This document shows positions 38,274 through 48,733 of a stretch of 64,000 nt of DNA, piece after piece. The stretch's first letter is position 1. Every line of letters starts with the position of its first letter. The position numbers were made by a program, and so were the translations under genes. The DNA lies in the NCBI GenBank assembly GCA_044222475.1, contig JBGANF010000015.1, positions 28,963 to 92,962 of the forward strand, given 5' to 3'. The notes under the pieces are model-generated. The model was given only the letters and a program-made list of their open reading frames with translations, had not been told where the DNA came from and did no database searches. Source of the DNA: Polyangiaceae bacterium. GTDB lineage: Bacteria; Myxococcota_A; Polyangia; Polyangiales; Polyangiaceae.

Positions 38274-39331
38274 CGTCCTCGCGCTCGCGGCTCGAGATCG
38301 ACCTCGCCAGCGCCGCCGCGGGCGTGCTTGCCGCGATCGTCGCGTTCGACGTCATGGTGTGGCTCTACGGCGAGTCGCCCCGGGCCATGGCGGTCGAGCT
38401 GCTCCGCGGCACGTGGGGGACCCCCTATGGCATCGGCCAGGTGCTCTTCAAGATGACCCCGCTGCTCTTCGCCGGGCTCGCCGTCGAGGTCGCGTTCCGC
38501 GCGAAGCTCTTCAACGTCGGCGTCGAGGGGCAGCTCGCGGTCGCCAGCCTCGCGGTCGGGGTGGCTGGAGCCCATTTCGGCGGCGCTCCCCGCATCGTCG
38601 CGTGGACGGCGCTGGCGATCGTCGCGATGGCCGCCGGCGCGCTCTGGGCCCTCGGCCCCGCGGTGCTGCGCGCGCGCCTCGGTGCGCACGAGGTCATCAC
38701 GACGATCGTCGCCAATCGGTTGTCCCAAATTGGGATTACGGCGGCACTCGCCGCCGGGCTCGCCGCTCACGGGACGGTCCGCACGCCGGACCTTCCGGCG
38801 GGGGCCCGCCTCCCGAGGCTCTCGGCGTTTTGGGACGCGCTGAGCGGGAGCGCGGCGAGCGTCGCCGCGCCGGTCGGGGTCGTCATCGTCGCCGTCGCGC
38901 TTCTCCTCCTCCCGCGCACGCGCTTCGGCCGGGAGCTCTCGCTGCTCGCCCAGAACCCCACCGCGTGTCGCGCCGAGCGCGTTCCGGTCGATCGCCGGAT
39001 GGCCGAGGCGCTGGTCTTGTCCGGGGCGATCGCGGGGCTCGGGAGCCTCGGGACCGTGCTCGGCTACAAGGGCTACTACGAGCAGGGGCTCGGGGCCGGA
39101 GCAGGGTTCACCGGCATCGCGGTCGCGATGCTCGGGCGCGGTCGCGTCGTTCCGCTCGTCGTCGCGGCGCTCCTCTTCGGGACCCTGGCGCAGGGCGGGC
39201 TCGCCCTGAACGCGCACGTCCCGATGGAGATGATGGAAGTGGTCTCCGCGATCGTCGTGGTCGCGGTGGCCGCGGCAGACCGCGCGTTTCGCGGTGCCGG
39301 GCTCGGTGGAACGTCGGCGGTGCGCGCATGA
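38270..39331 (+). CDS. ABC transporter permease (BPD_transp_2)
   Basis: TPLLFAGLAV, LFNVGVEGQ, HEVITTI and GFTGIAVAMLG. Confidence 0.9.
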   Translation: MTSSRSRLEIDLASAAAGVLAAIVAFDVMVWLYGESPRAMAVELLRGTWGTPYGIGQVLFKMTPLLFAGLAVEVAFRAKLFNVGVEGQLAVASLAVGVAGAHFGGAPRIVAWTALAIVAMAAGALWALGPAVLRARLGAHEVITTIVANRLSQIGITAALAAGLAAHGTVRTPDLPAGARLPRLSAFWDALSGSAASVAAPVGVVIVAVALLLLPRTRFGRELSLLAQNPTACRAERVPVDRRMAEALVLSGAIAGLGSLGTVLGYKGYYEQGLGAGAGFTGIAVAMLGRGRVVPLVVAALLFGTLAQGGLALNAHVPMEMMEVVSAIVVVAVAAADRAFRGAGLGGTSAVRA

Positions 39332-40236
39332 GCTCGCTCTCGACGCTCGCCTCGGCGGCGATGGTGGCGGCCACCGTCCGCGCCGCCGTGCCCTACGTGC
39401 TCGCGGCCGAAGGGGGCGTGCTCGCGGAGCGGAGCGGCGTCGTCACCGTCGCGCTCGAAGGGATGATGCTGAGCGGAGCGTTTGCCAGCATCGCCGGCGC
39501 GCTCGCCAGCGGGAGCGTCGCCGTCGGCCTCGCGTGCGCGCTGCTGACGGGCCTCTGCGTGGGGCTCCTCCACGCGTTCTTCACCCAGCGGCTCCGCGTG
39601 AACGGGATCGTGAGTGGCTTGGCGATCAACCTCGCGGCCGCCGGCGGGACTCGCGTGCTGCTTCGAGCGTTCTACGGATCGAGCTCGAACTCGCCGTCGC
39701 TTCCCACGACCGACGCGCACGTCGCTGGCGTCAGGTGGGTCGTCCAAGCGCTGCTCGCGCCCACGACGCTCTTCGCGGTCGCCGCCGCCGTCGCGCTCTG
39801 GTGGATGCTGCGACGCACGCGCTTCGGCCTGCGCGTCCGGGCCGCCGGTGAATCGCCGGGCGTTCTCACCGCGGCCGGCGTCTCGGTGACGCGGGTCCGT
39901 ACCCTCGCGACCGCGCTCGGTGGCGCGCTCGCCGCGCTCGGCGGCGCGGCGCTCGCGCTCGAGCAGCGGCAGTTCCAGTCCGGCATGACCGGCGGGCGCG
40001 GGTTCATCGCCCTTGCAGCGGTCGTCCTCGCGACGTGGCGCCCGCTCCCTGCGCTCGCGGCGTGCGCCGGGTTCGCCGTGCTCGACGCGCTCCAGGTGGT
40101 CCTCCAGGGGGAATCCAGGTCGTTCGAGGTCGTGTTCCAGAGCCTGCCGTACCTCGCGACGTTGGTCGCCCTCGCGTTCCTCGCTCGACGCGGTCGCGGC
40201 GGCGCGCCGCGTGCGCTCGGCGCGGTGGAGGAGTAG
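39328..40236 (+). CDS. ABC transporter permease (BPD_transp_2)
   Basis: ERSGVVTVALEGMML, TRFGLRVRAAGE and GRGFIALAA. Confidence 0.9.
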   Translation: MSSLSTLASAAMVAATVRAAVPYVLAAEGGVLAERSGVVTVALEGMMLSGAFASIAGALASGSVAVGLACALLTGLCVGLLHAFFTQRLRVNGIVSGLAINLAAAGGTRVLLRAFYGSSSNSPSLPTTDAHVAGVRWVVQALLAPTTLFAVAAAVALWWMLRRTRFGLRVRAAGESPGVLTAAGVSVTRVRTLATALGGALAALGGAALALEQRQFQSGMTGGRGFIALAAVVLATWRPLPALAACAGFAVLDALQVVLQGESRSFEVVFQSLPYLATLVALAFLARRGRGGAPRALGAVEE

Positions 40237-40249
40237 GACATAAGGTCCC

Positions 40250-41428
40250 ATGCCGAAGCTCGCGCCCCTCGCCGGAACCGTTCGCCGTGGAGTCTTCGCC
40301 GACCTCGAGGGGGCGATCGCCGAACGGCGCTCCAGCGGGGGCGACCTCACCCCGCTTCACATCGGCGACACGTACCTCGCGCCGCCCGCGGCGGCGCGCT
40401 TCGATCGCGTGCTCGGCTGCTCCGACGCGGAGCTCTACGCCTACGGCGCCACCATCGGCACGGCCGATCTTCGCGCCGCGCTCGCCCGCCACGCGCTCGA
40501 GCAGGGTCGAGCGCTCGCGGTCGATCCCGCGAAGCACGTGCTCGTCGGCGTCGGCGCGACGCACGCGCTCTCGTGCGCGGTGCGAGCGATCGTCGGCGCG
40601 GGGGATGACGTGCTCCTCTTCTCTCCGTACTGGCCGCTCGCTCACGGCATCCTGAAGAGCGCCGGCGCCGAGGTGCGCGAGCTTCCCCTCTCGAGCGAGC
40701 TCTACCGCGATCCAGCGCTCGACGTCGGCGCTCGGGTCGAGGCCGCGCTGACCCCGGCGACGAGGGCCATCTACCTCATCACGCCCAACAACCCCGATGG
40801 GAAGGTGCTGCGGCGCGGAGACCTCGAAGCGATCGCCGAGATCGCTCGTCGGCGCGATCTGTGGATCATCGCCGACGAGGTGTACGCGGACTACCTGTAC
40901 GACGGCCGCGAGCACGTGTCGATCGCGACGCTCCCCGGGATGGCCGAGCGGACGCTCACCGCGTACTCGTTCTCGAAGAGCCACGCGCTCGCTGGCGCTC
41001 GCGTCGGTTGGGTCGTCGCGCCGGAGGACGTGGTCGCCCACGCGCGACGGCTCGCGATCCACTCCGTGTTCAACGTCCCCGTCGTCGCTCAGCGGTCCGC
41101 GCTCGCAGCGCTCGCCGACGAGCGTTGGGTCCGCGACGCGCGGGCGGTCTACGTCGCGGCGCGCGATCGCGCAGTCGCGCGGCTGTCGAAGACCAAGCTC
41201 GCGTTCTCCGTCCCCGACGGCGGGGTCTACGTGTTCGCCGACTTCGGTCCGGTGCTCGGTGGGCGACCGCTGTCCGAGCTCCTCAAGCGCGCCATCGGTC
41301 GCGGCGTGCTCGTGGCTCCCGGTGACGCGTTCGGCGCGGACTTCGCGACGTGGGCGCGCATCTGCTTCACGAGCACGTCGATCGACGACGTGGAGCGCGG
41401 TCTCGAGGCCCTCGAGAGCGTGTTGTGA
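40250..41428 (+). CDS. PLP-dependent aminotransferase class I/II
   Basis: PNNPDG, IADEVY and SFSKSHALAGARVG. Confidence 0.93.
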   Translation: MPKLAPLAGTVRRGVFADLEGAIAERRSSGGDLTPLHIGDTYLAPPAAARFDRVLGCSDAELYAYGATIGTADLRAALARHALEQGRALAVDPAKHVLVGVGATHALSCAVRAIVGAGDDVLLFSPYWPLAHGILKSAGAEVRELPLSSELYRDPALDVGARVEAALTPATRAIYLITPNNPDGKVLRRGDLEAIAEIARRRDLWIIADEVYADYLYDGREHVSIATLPGMAERTLTAYSFSKSHALAGARVGWVVAPEDVVAHARRLAIHSVFNVPVVAQRSALAALADERWVRDARAVYVAARDRAVARLSKTKLAFSVPDGGVYVFADFGPVLGGRPLSELLKRAIGRGVLVAPGDAFGADFATWARICFTSTSIDDVERGLEALESVL

Positions 41429-41437
41429 CCGCGACCG

Positions 41438-42649
41438 TCAGGCCTCGATGAGCACTTCGCCGGCGCGGAGCACCGCGCGCGCGCGGGCGACGCCCCAAGG
41501 CTGCACGATCGCCTGCTCGTGGGGGTGATCCCAGAGGACGAGGTCGGCCGGCGAGCCGACGGCGACGACGCCGAGCTCCGGTCGCCCGAGCGAGCGTGCG
41601 GCGTGAGCGGTCGCTCCGAGAAGCGCCTCTTCCGGGGTGAGCCCATAGCTCCGGACGGCGAGCGCCATCGCGAGCGGGAGGCTCTCCGTCGGCGCGGTCC
41701 CCGGGTTCGCGTCGCTCGCGACGACGAGCGAGAGCCCTGCGTCGCGGAGGATCGAGACCGGAGGCGGCTCCTGACGAAGCGTGAAGCTCGCGACTGGGAG
41801 GAGCACCACCGCCGTACCGGCCTTCGCGAGCGCAGCCACGCCAGCCGCGCTCACGTGCTCGACGTGATCGACCGACGCGGCTCCGAGCTCGGCCGCGAGC
41901 TCTGCGCCACCCACGTCGCTGAACTGGCCGACGTGGAGGCGAACGCCGAGGCCGAGCTCCCGCGCGCGTTGGCCGAGGCGCCTCGCTTCGTCGACGGTGA
42001 ACGCGTGAGCGTCCACGTACGCGTCGACGTACGCTGCGAGCCGCTGGCGCGCGATCTCCGGCAACAGCGCGATCATCTCGTCGACGTAGGCCGCGCGCGA
42101 GTCACGGCGCTCCGGAGGGAGCGCGTGGAGCGCGAGGAACGTGGCGACGACGCGCGGTACGTCCTTGCGCTCTGCCGCGCGCGCGATCGCGCGCAGCTGG
42201 CGAAGCTCGAGCTCGGGTGTCAGGCCGTAGCCGCTCTTGATCTCCAGTGTCGTGACGCCTTGGCGCGCCATGCGGCGAAGACGCGCGACGAGGATGCGGG
42301 CGAGGTCGTCCTCAGACGTCTCGGCGACGGCGCGGTGGCTGTTCACGATCCCGCCGCCGGCCGCGGCGATGGCGACGTAGTCCGCCCCGGCCATGCGCAT
42401 GGCGTACTCGCCGTGACGGCTGCCCGCCCACGCGGCGTGGGTGTGAGCGTCGACGAGCCCGGCGGTGACCAGCGGCGCGTGGATGGTGCGAGCGGTGACC
42501 GCGTCGATCGGTGGGTCGCCGATCAGCGCGATGTTGCCCGCGGCGTCCACCTCGATCATCGCGCGCTCGACGATCTCGAGCCCACCGCGGTTCGACGTAC
42601 TCGGTCCCACCACGATCCGATCGGCCTGGATGCGGAGCTTCGTCGCCAT
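41438..42649 (-). CDS. hutI: Imidazolonepropionase
   Basis: GLVDAHTH, GGGI, GVTTLEIKSGYGL, DHVE and ASDANPGT. Confidence 0.93.
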   Translation of the reverse strand: MATKLRIQADRIVVGPSTSNRGGLEIVERAMIEVDAAGNIALIGDPPIDAVTARTIHAPLVTAGLVDAHTHAAWAGSRHGEYAMRMAGADYVAIAAAGGGIVNSHRAVAETSEDDLARILVARLRRMARQGVTTLEIKSGYGLTPELELRQLRAIARAAERKDVPRVVATFLALHALPPERRDSRAAYVDEMIALLPEIARQRLAAYVDAYVDAHAFTVDEARRLGQRARELGLGVRLHVGQFSDVGGAELAAELGAASVDHVEHVSAAGVAALAKAGTAVVLLPVASFTLRQEPPPVSILRDAGLSLVVASDANPGTAPTESLPLAMALAVRSYGLTPEEALLGATAHAARSLGRPELGVVAVGSPADLVLWDHPHEQAIVQPWGVARARAVLRAGEVLIEA

Positions 42650-42685
42650 GGCTCCATCTAATCACACGTGGTACGCAACTGGATC

Positions 42686-43702
42686 ATGTGGCGGTGGGTC
42701 AATTCGAGGCGCGCCTTCGTTCTCCTCGCCCTCGCCGCCTGCGGCGGGGCGGAGACTCCCCCCGCGACGACGTCCTCCGGTCCGCCGAAGGGTGGACCGG
42801 ATGCCGGCCCGAGCGCGGTCGCCAGTGTGACGGCGGTCCCGGCGACCGTCACTCGGCCGACGGGCAAGCTCGCAATCGGTGACGCCCGTCGCTACATGGT
42901 GAGCCTGATCAACCGCGATCGAGCGACCGCCGGTCTCCCTCCGGTCGCCCTCGACGAGGGGCCCCCGACGCGCGCCGGCGAGCGTCACGCGCGCGACATG
43001 GCGCAGCACGCGTTCCTCGGCCACTGGGGAACCGACGGTTCCATCCCCGAGCAACGCCTGACCGAGTCGGGCGGGGCCGACATGGTGATGGAGAACGCGT
43101 TCTGCATCACAGACGAGAAGAAGCGCGACCTCGATCCGCAGCCAATGATCGACCCGGCCGAGATCGAGCGCGCGGAAGACATGTTCTTCAACGAGGTGCC
43201 CCCGAACGACGGACACCGGAAGAACATCCTGAAGCGCTTCCATAACCGCGTGGGCATCGGGGTCGCGCTCGGCCGACCGCAAGGCAACGAGATCCTCACG
43301 CCCTGCTTCACCCAGGAATTCTTGGACGTCTACGGGACCTACGGTGCGATCCCGCAGTCGGTCACGGCGGGAGCGAAGGTCCACGTGGTCGGCGCGTTCG
43401 GCAGCGGCGTCTCGCCGGGAGCGGTCGGCTACGCGCGGCTCGACGACCCGAAGCCGCTGCCGGTCAGCGAAGCGAACCGGCGCCGGGCGATCAACCAGAA
43501 GACGGCGGACGTCCTGTATTGGCCGCGCGGCTACGTGTCGGACGTCTACCTCGAGATGAACGGATCGTCGTTCACGATCGACGTCGCCTTTCCGAAGCCG
43601 GGCTTCTACGAGCTGAGCGTGTGGGCGAAATTCCCGGGCGAGAAGGACTACGCGACGATCTCGCTGCGCACGATCACGGTCCTGGGACCCGGCGCGAAGT
43701 GA
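42686..43702 (+). CDS. CAP/SCP-domain lipoprotein
   Basis: Lipobox LAAC; LINRDR, HARDMA, GH, EN and GHRKNIL. Confidence 0.85.
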   Translation: MWRWVNSRRAFVLLALAACGGAETPPATTSSGPPKGGPDAGPSAVASVTAVPATVTRPTGKLAIGDARRYMVSLINRDRATAGLPPVALDEGPPTRAGERHARDMAQHAFLGHWGTDGSIPEQRLTESGGADMVMENAFCITDEKKRDLDPQPMIDPAEIERAEDMFFNEVPPNDGHRKNILKRFHNRVGIGVALGRPQGNEILTPCFTQEFLDVYGTYGAIPQSVTAGAKVHVVGAFGSGVSPGAVGYARLDDPKPLPVSEANRRRAINQKTADVLYWPRGYVSDVYLEMNGSSFTIDVAFPKPGFYELSVWAKFPGEKDYATISLRTITVLGPGAK

Positions 43703-45268
43703 TCACTTCGGCGGGTAGGGGATCCCGGTCGCGGTCCCCTTCGCGGGGAGGTTCGGGCTGAGCTGTCCGAGCCAGCTCCCCGTGTACGACACCGGAACGG
43801 CGAGGTCGTCGAACTGGGTCGCGGCCGAAGCGGTGAACTGGAAGTCGAGCTTCGCCGCGAGCTTCTCGGACGTGCCCGCCGCGAGCTCCCAGCGGTCGCT
43901 GAGGGCCTTCTTGCACAGCGCCGTGACGCACGCCCCGTCGCAGGTGCCGAAGGCGTAGCCGTTGGACGCGAGCGCAGCTCCGAAGCCGGCGCAGTCGATG
44001 GCGGTGGCGAGCGCCGCAGGCACGGTCGTGGCAGGAGGAAAGTCCCCGCCAGCTTCGACGTTCGCCGCGACGGTGAGGAGGCGGCTCGGCCACAGGATCA
44101 CGCTGCCGGTGAGCTTCAGGGTGTCGTCGGTGTCGGCGACGACGGTGAACGGTGCCTTCACGGTGGCGATCGTCGTCGCGTCGAGTCCGCCGATGGTCTC
44201 CGGCGCGAAGGTCGCCTTGTCTTGGCCGGTGCCGGTGAGGTGTCCATGGAGGTCGCCCGGCACCTTCGGGATCACGGCGTTCAACCAGCCCATCGCGCGG
44301 GTCTGCATCGAGGGTGGGTGCGCGGTCAACCACGACGACGCGGTTGCGTCCCAACCGGCTTGGCTTCGCTTGGTGAGAAAGAGGCTCTTGTCGGTCGGGC
44401 TCGACGTCGCGTCCGCCATCGCATCGAGCAGACGCTTGGGCTCGAGGTCGGGGAAGAACGACGCGAGCGCGGTGGTCGACGCGGTGCCGAGCATCGAGGT
44501 GAGCGCCGCGCGGTCTTGGGTCGAGAGGTCGTACGTGAAGCGGGCTTGCAGGTCGATCGACGAGACGACCAGTGGGATGTCGTAGAGGCCGACGGTGACG
44601 TCACGAACTGCGTCCGGAGCGAGCGCATCCACGTCGACGCAGCCGGTCGCGTAGTGAGCGATGCGAACCGCGACCGCGACGCTCGACCCAGCGGGGACCT
44701 TCGGGATCACCAACGTCTCGCCGTTCGTCCCGACGACGAGCGGGGCTCCGTCCTTCGAAGGGAAGGTCGTCAGGTCGCTGCATTTTGCCTTGAGGAACGT
44801 GCTCGCCGCGACGATCGGGACGGGGCGCTTGCCCTTGTACGCCGGGGTCACGCGCACCGTCGCGAAGCCGTCTTTGCTGACCGACACGTCGAGGCGCGCC
44901 CGCGCGCTGCCGGCCGACGCTTGAATCGCGAACGTCGCCGGGGTGGTGGGTGTCCGCAGCATGAACTCGGCGTGGCCGTCGACGACGGCGACCGAGGTTC
45001 GATCGAGCGAGCCGTCGCCGTAAGCGCCGTCGAGCGCGAGGGCGATCGAGCGGACGCCGGTGCTCGCGCTCAGCGTGACCTTGACGATCGCGTTGGGCTC
45101 GGCGGCGAGGATCCCTCCGGGGACGTCGAACGCGATGGCTGCAGTGGGGATGATCCCGCCGTCCGGAGATGCCGCATCCGTCGTACACGCGCTCGCCACG
45201 GCGAGCACCGATGCGAGCGCCACGTGGGACCAGCGTGCTCTCCAACGTCGAACCGAAGCCAAGTGCAT
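43703..45268 (-). CDS. Hypothetical lipoprotein
   Basis: Signal ending ASAC; the ORF-track N-terminal extension overlaps the upstream gene. Confidence 0.75.
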   Translation of the reverse strand: MHLASVRRWRARWSHVALASVLAVASACTTDAASPDGGIIPTAAIAFDVPGGILAAEPNAIVKVTLSASTGVRSIALALDGAYGDGSLDRTSVAVVDGHAEFMLRTPTTPATFAIQASAGSARARLDVSVSKDGFATVRVTPAYKGKRPVPIVAASTFLKAKCSDLTTFPSKDGAPLVVGTNGETLVIPKVPAGSSVAVAVRIAHYATGCVDVDALAPDAVRDVTVGLYDIPLVVSSIDLQARFTYDLSTQDRAALTSMLGTASTTALASFFPDLEPKRLLDAMADATSSPTDKSLFLTKRSQAGWDATASSWLTAHPPSMQTRAMGWLNAVIPKVPGDLHGHLTGTGQDKATFAPETIGGLDATTIATVKAPFTVVADTDDTLKLTGSVILWPSRLLTVAANVEAGGDFPPATTVPAALATAIDCAGFGAALASNGYAFGTCDGACVTALCKKALSDRWELAAGTSEKLAAKLDFQFTASAATQFDDLAVPVSYTGSWLGQLSPNLPAKGTATGIPYPPK

Positions 45269-45293
45269 ACCCTGCCAGTATAGCGCGAAACGC

Positions 45294-47303
45294 TCAGTCG
45301 GCCTTGGTGAGGTCGTAGAGCGCCAAGTCCTCGTTTCCGGCGGTGCGGAGGATCGGCGGCAGCGTCTGGTAGGCCTGGAGGACGGCCTCGATTCGGCCGA
45401 GCATGCGGCCGATCGAGGCGGTCTTGTTGGTGTGGTAGGTGCTCGCGAGGTAGGCGTCGATCGAACGGCCGGGGAGCACGACGAGGACCCAGCGGACGCC
45501 GGTCTTTCGAAGCGACAGCGCGAGCTCGACGCCGTTCGCTTCGTCGGGGTAGCCCGGCGGTGGCGCCTCGGCGCCGGGGAGATCGACGATCCAGATCGGG
45601 TTGCGGGAGAAGTCGAGCTTCGCCGGATCGTCGACCATCGCGAGGATGGTTTCGCCCGCCGGCACCAACCCCTGGAGGGTCGCGTAGTCGACCTCGTGGG
45701 GAGGACGGTCCGACGTCGGCTCCACCGTGCGCGGGCCTTCGCTGTCGAGGACGAGTCGCGTGCGATCCCGGTCCCCGCCGGCATGGCGGAGCGCCTCGAA
45801 GAGGTAGTACGAGCGTTGCTCGCTCGCGAGCGTCCAGCCGCGGGTGAGGACTGCTCCGATCCCGACCATCGCCGCGATCTGGGCCATTCGCGCCCGTGGC
45901 GCCACCCCGCCGCGCGCGGCGAAGATCGCCGCGCCGACCCAGACGGCGGTGAGGAACGGATGCAGGTATCGCGTCATCGCGGCGCGCTCGGTGTCGGCGA
46001 CGCGAAGGACCAAGATGAGGAGGAGCGCACCGGTCGCCGCGAAGGTGTGAAGCAGCACGCGCTGGTGAGCTCGACCCAGCAACGCGGCGGCCGCGATGGC
46101 GGCCATGAACCACAGCCCGCTCCCGAAGCTCGCTCCGTAGATCGTCGTCGCGATCGATCCGGCGCCGGGCGTGCCGCTGGTCACGAGGGCGAACGCCGGC
46201 TGGTAGTAGCCGTGGTCGATCGGGAAGAACCAGCTGTCGTTCGAGCGGTGCGAGGCGTAGAGCCAAGGCAGCAGCAGCGCGCCGATGCACGCGATCGACG
46301 CGAGCGCGCCGCGGACGCGCGCGTCCCGGTCCTCGGCGGCAGTGAAGCGCTCGAGTGCGACGAGCACGAGCGCCGGCACGAGGTTCGTGTTGCGCAAGGT
46401 GACGAAGGCGGCGAGCAGCCCTGCGGCGAGGAGCACGCGCCGCTGGGGCGCGAGGTCGGGGACGAACCCGAGCATCATCACCGCGAGCAAGAGCACCGCG
46501 CTCGTGTGGTCGGAGCCGAGGTTCTGAATCGGCAGGATCGGGATCGAGGCGAGCGCCAAGAGCGGCAGCAGCCGCGGTAGGAGCTTGCGTCGCGAGTCGA
46601 GCGCGAACAGCAGCAGCAGCACCCCGCCGAGCCCCGACTCGACGGCCCGCAGTAGCCGCGGATCGGCGTGAGGCGCGAGGAAGGTCGCGTCGAGGAGCTC
46701 CTGTCCGCCGAGCACGCAGGCGCGTCGGAACGAGAACGGCTGGATCGAGCTGCCGTTCTCCACGATGTCCTGCGCGAGCGGAACGTAGGCGACGAGGTCG
46801 TCGCGCGGATGCAGGACCTCCGAGCCGACGCGGATGAACACGTCACCGACGAGGAACGCGACGATCAGCGCGACCGCCATGAACGCGACGGGGCTCCGGC
46901 GGCAGCGGCCGGCGAACGCCGTCCATCGGCGTCGGCGGAGACGGAATCGCAGAAGCGTGGGGACGCCGAGCGCGAGCCCGACACCCACGCTGAGCAGGAG
47001 GTACGGCCGCGACGCCGCGCCGACGAGGAGCGCGACGCCGCCGACCGCGATGAACGCCGCCATGCCGACCGCGCCGGACAGCGCGAGCGAGGAGCGAGCG
47101 ACGCCGAACCGTCGCAGAACGTACGAGCCCGCACCGAGGAACGCGCCGAGCATGGCGAGCATCCAGAGGAAGCCGTGAAACGTCCGGCCCAGGTGCGCCG
47201 TGTAGAGGCCGCCGCGCACGAACGCGTAGACGAACCCGAGGCCGATGAGCGCGCTCGGGAGGAGGGCGACTGGCCGGTCGCCGAGGGGGCGCGGCGTGGC
47301 CAT
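45294..47303 (-). CDS. Multi-TM membrane protein, GT-C glycosyltransferase-like
   Basis: About 13 TM helices; RDDLVAYVPLA acidic pair in an early loop; RY motif before a C-terminal soluble domain. Confidence 0.6.
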   Translation of the reverse strand: MATPRPLGDRPVALLPSALIGLGFVYAFVRGGLYTAHLGRTFHGFLWMLAMLGAFLGAGSYVLRRFGVARSSLALSGAVGMAAFIAVGGVALLVGAASRPYLLLSVGVGLALGVPTLLRFRLRRRRWTAFAGRCRRSPVAFMAVALIVAFLVGDVFIRVGSEVLHPRDDLVAYVPLAQDIVENGSSIQPFSFRRACVLGGQELLDATFLAPHADPRLLRAVESGLGGVLLLLFALDSRRKLLPRLLPLLALASIPILPIQNLGSDHTSAVLLLAVMMLGFVPDLAPQRRVLLAAGLLAAFVTLRNTNLVPALVLVALERFTAAEDRDARVRGALASIACIGALLLPWLYASHRSNDSWFFPIDHGYYQPAFALVTSGTPGAGSIATTIYGASFGSGLWFMAAIAAAALLGRAHQRVLLHTFAATGALLLILVLRVADTERAAMTRYLHPFLTAVWVGAAIFAARGGVAPRARMAQIAAMVGIGAVLTRGWTLASEQRSYYLFEALRHAGGDRDRTRLVLDSEGPRTVEPTSDRPPHEVDYATLQGLVPAGETILAMVDDPAKLDFSRNPIWIVDLPGAEAPPPGYPDEANGVELALSLRKTGVRWVLVVLPGRSIDAYLASTYHTNKTASIGRMLGRIEAVLQAYQTLPPILRTAGNEDLALYDLTKAD

Positions 47304-48215
47304 CTACGGCCCGCCCGGTGTGCCGGCCTTGGCGGCGCCGACCTCGGGCCACGAGCCTCCGCACTTCGGGTCGGCGGCGGCGACGCGGCCGGCGCAGGCG
47401 AGCGGATCTCGCTGCGGGCCCACCAAGAGGAACGAGCCTCGCGTGAGGAACGGGTAGCTCTTCGACCACTCCATCTCGAGCGCCAGGAAGTGCTTCTCGG
47501 CCGCCTCTTTCTGGGCATCGCCGTGATAGGCGACGAGGAGCTGGAGGATGTGCTCGCGCTCGCTTGGATCGTCCGACATGGCGTATGCGTTCTGCAGCGC
47601 GCGGATCGCGGCGTCGCGCTGCCCGCTCTCGTCGAGCATCGTCGCGGCGGTTCGTCCATGGGCAGCGTCTCCGCCCAACTCGACCGAACGTGCGAGCGCG
47701 AGCGCGCCTTCGTGGCGCCACTCCGCGAGCGTCGTCTTGTCCTTGATGTACGTCGGCGCCATGAAGACGAGGAACTGTCCGTAGTGGGCCCACAGCTCCG
47801 CGTCGTGCGGACGCTCGTGCGTGCCCTTCTCGAGGAACGCTTTCGACCAGCGCGCGTCCGCTTCGTCGCCAGCGACGATCTGGTAGATCACGATCGTGTC
47901 CCCGTACTTGTACGGAGCCTCGAAGGCGGGATCGAGCGCGACGATCGCATCGAGGTAGCGTGACGCGTCGGGGAAGTCGCGGCGTTCGCTCCAATGGATG
48001 CCGTACTCGATGCGGAGCTTGACCCACAGGAGGTCCGCGACTGCAGCGCGATGACCCAGGGTGAGCAGTCGAAGTTGCTCCGGGGCGGGGAAGGCGTACA
48101 CGTCCTCGCGCGCCTTCGTCGCGCGGAGGGTGGACGCGAGCGAAGGCTGGAGCCACGCCACCCCGCCGACTCCGATGGCGAGCGCGACGATCCACGAGAT
48201 CGCCGAGCGCTTCAT
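47304..48215 (-). CDS. Pilin-locus accessory TPR protein, resembling myxobacterial PilG
   Basis: N-terminal TM; LGHRAAVADLLW, LDAIVALDPAF and LEKG...P..AELW. Confidence 0.6.
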   Translation of the reverse strand: MKRSAISWIVALAIGVGGVAWLQPSLASTLRATKAREDVYAFPAPEQLRLLTLGHRAAVADLLWVKLRIEYGIHWSERRDFPDASRYLDAIVALDPAFEAPYKYGDTIVIYQIVAGDEADARWSKAFLEKGTHERPHDAELWAHYGQFLVFMAPTYIKDKTTLAEWRHEGALALARSVELGGDAAHGRTAATMLDESGQRDAAIRALQNAYAMSDDPSEREHILQLLVAYHGDAQKEAAEKHFLALEMEWSKSYPFLTRGSFLLVGPQRDPLACAGRVAAADPKCGGSWPEVGAAKAGTPGGP

Positions 48216-48733
48216 TCGAGCTCCGCTTCCACGTACATGCCGGGCTCGACCTTGGCCTCGCCGTTCGACTGGGAACCGCGGATCTCGAACGTGCTCGTGA
48301 CCCCGTCGCCGTCGAGATCTCCGTGGGCCTCGGCGACGAACTGCGCGACGTCGTCGGCTGGCTTGCTCGTGAACGAGAACGAGAACGAGTGCGTGATGCC
48401 GTACGGCACCGGCTGGAACCCCAGAGCGATCCAGGTGGGCTGCTCCCACGTGCCGGCCTCGTCGACGGTGGGCTTCCCGCGCGGGACGCTCGCCGGTGTG
48501 AGCCCCACCGAGGGCGGGAACGCATCGTGCGCCGGCTTGCCGTGCGCCGACGCGACGGCTCGAGCGCCGATCGTGTCGAGCCCATCGGTCGCCTCGACGA
48601 GGCGCGAGCCGTGCAGCCCTCGCACGTAGGTGGGCACGAACACGGCGAGGAGCGAGCCGACCAGAGAGACTCCGATGGCGGCCTCGAGGAGGGTGATCCC
48701 GCGCTGAGCGACCTTGCGACCGCGCGCCATCAC
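48212..48733 (-). CDS. Type IV pilin-like protein
   Basis: RG|ITLLE class III signal; C-terminal AHGDLDGDGVTSTF. Confidence 0.8.
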   Translation of the reverse strand: MMARGRKVAQRGITLLEAAIGVSLVGSLLAVFVPTYVRGLHGSRLVEATDGLDTIGARAVASAHGKPAHDAFPPSVGLTPASVPRGKPTVDEAGTWEQPTWIALGFQPVPYGITHSFSFSFTSKPADDVAQFVAEAHGDLDGDGVTSTFEIRGSQSNGEAKVEPGMYVEAELE

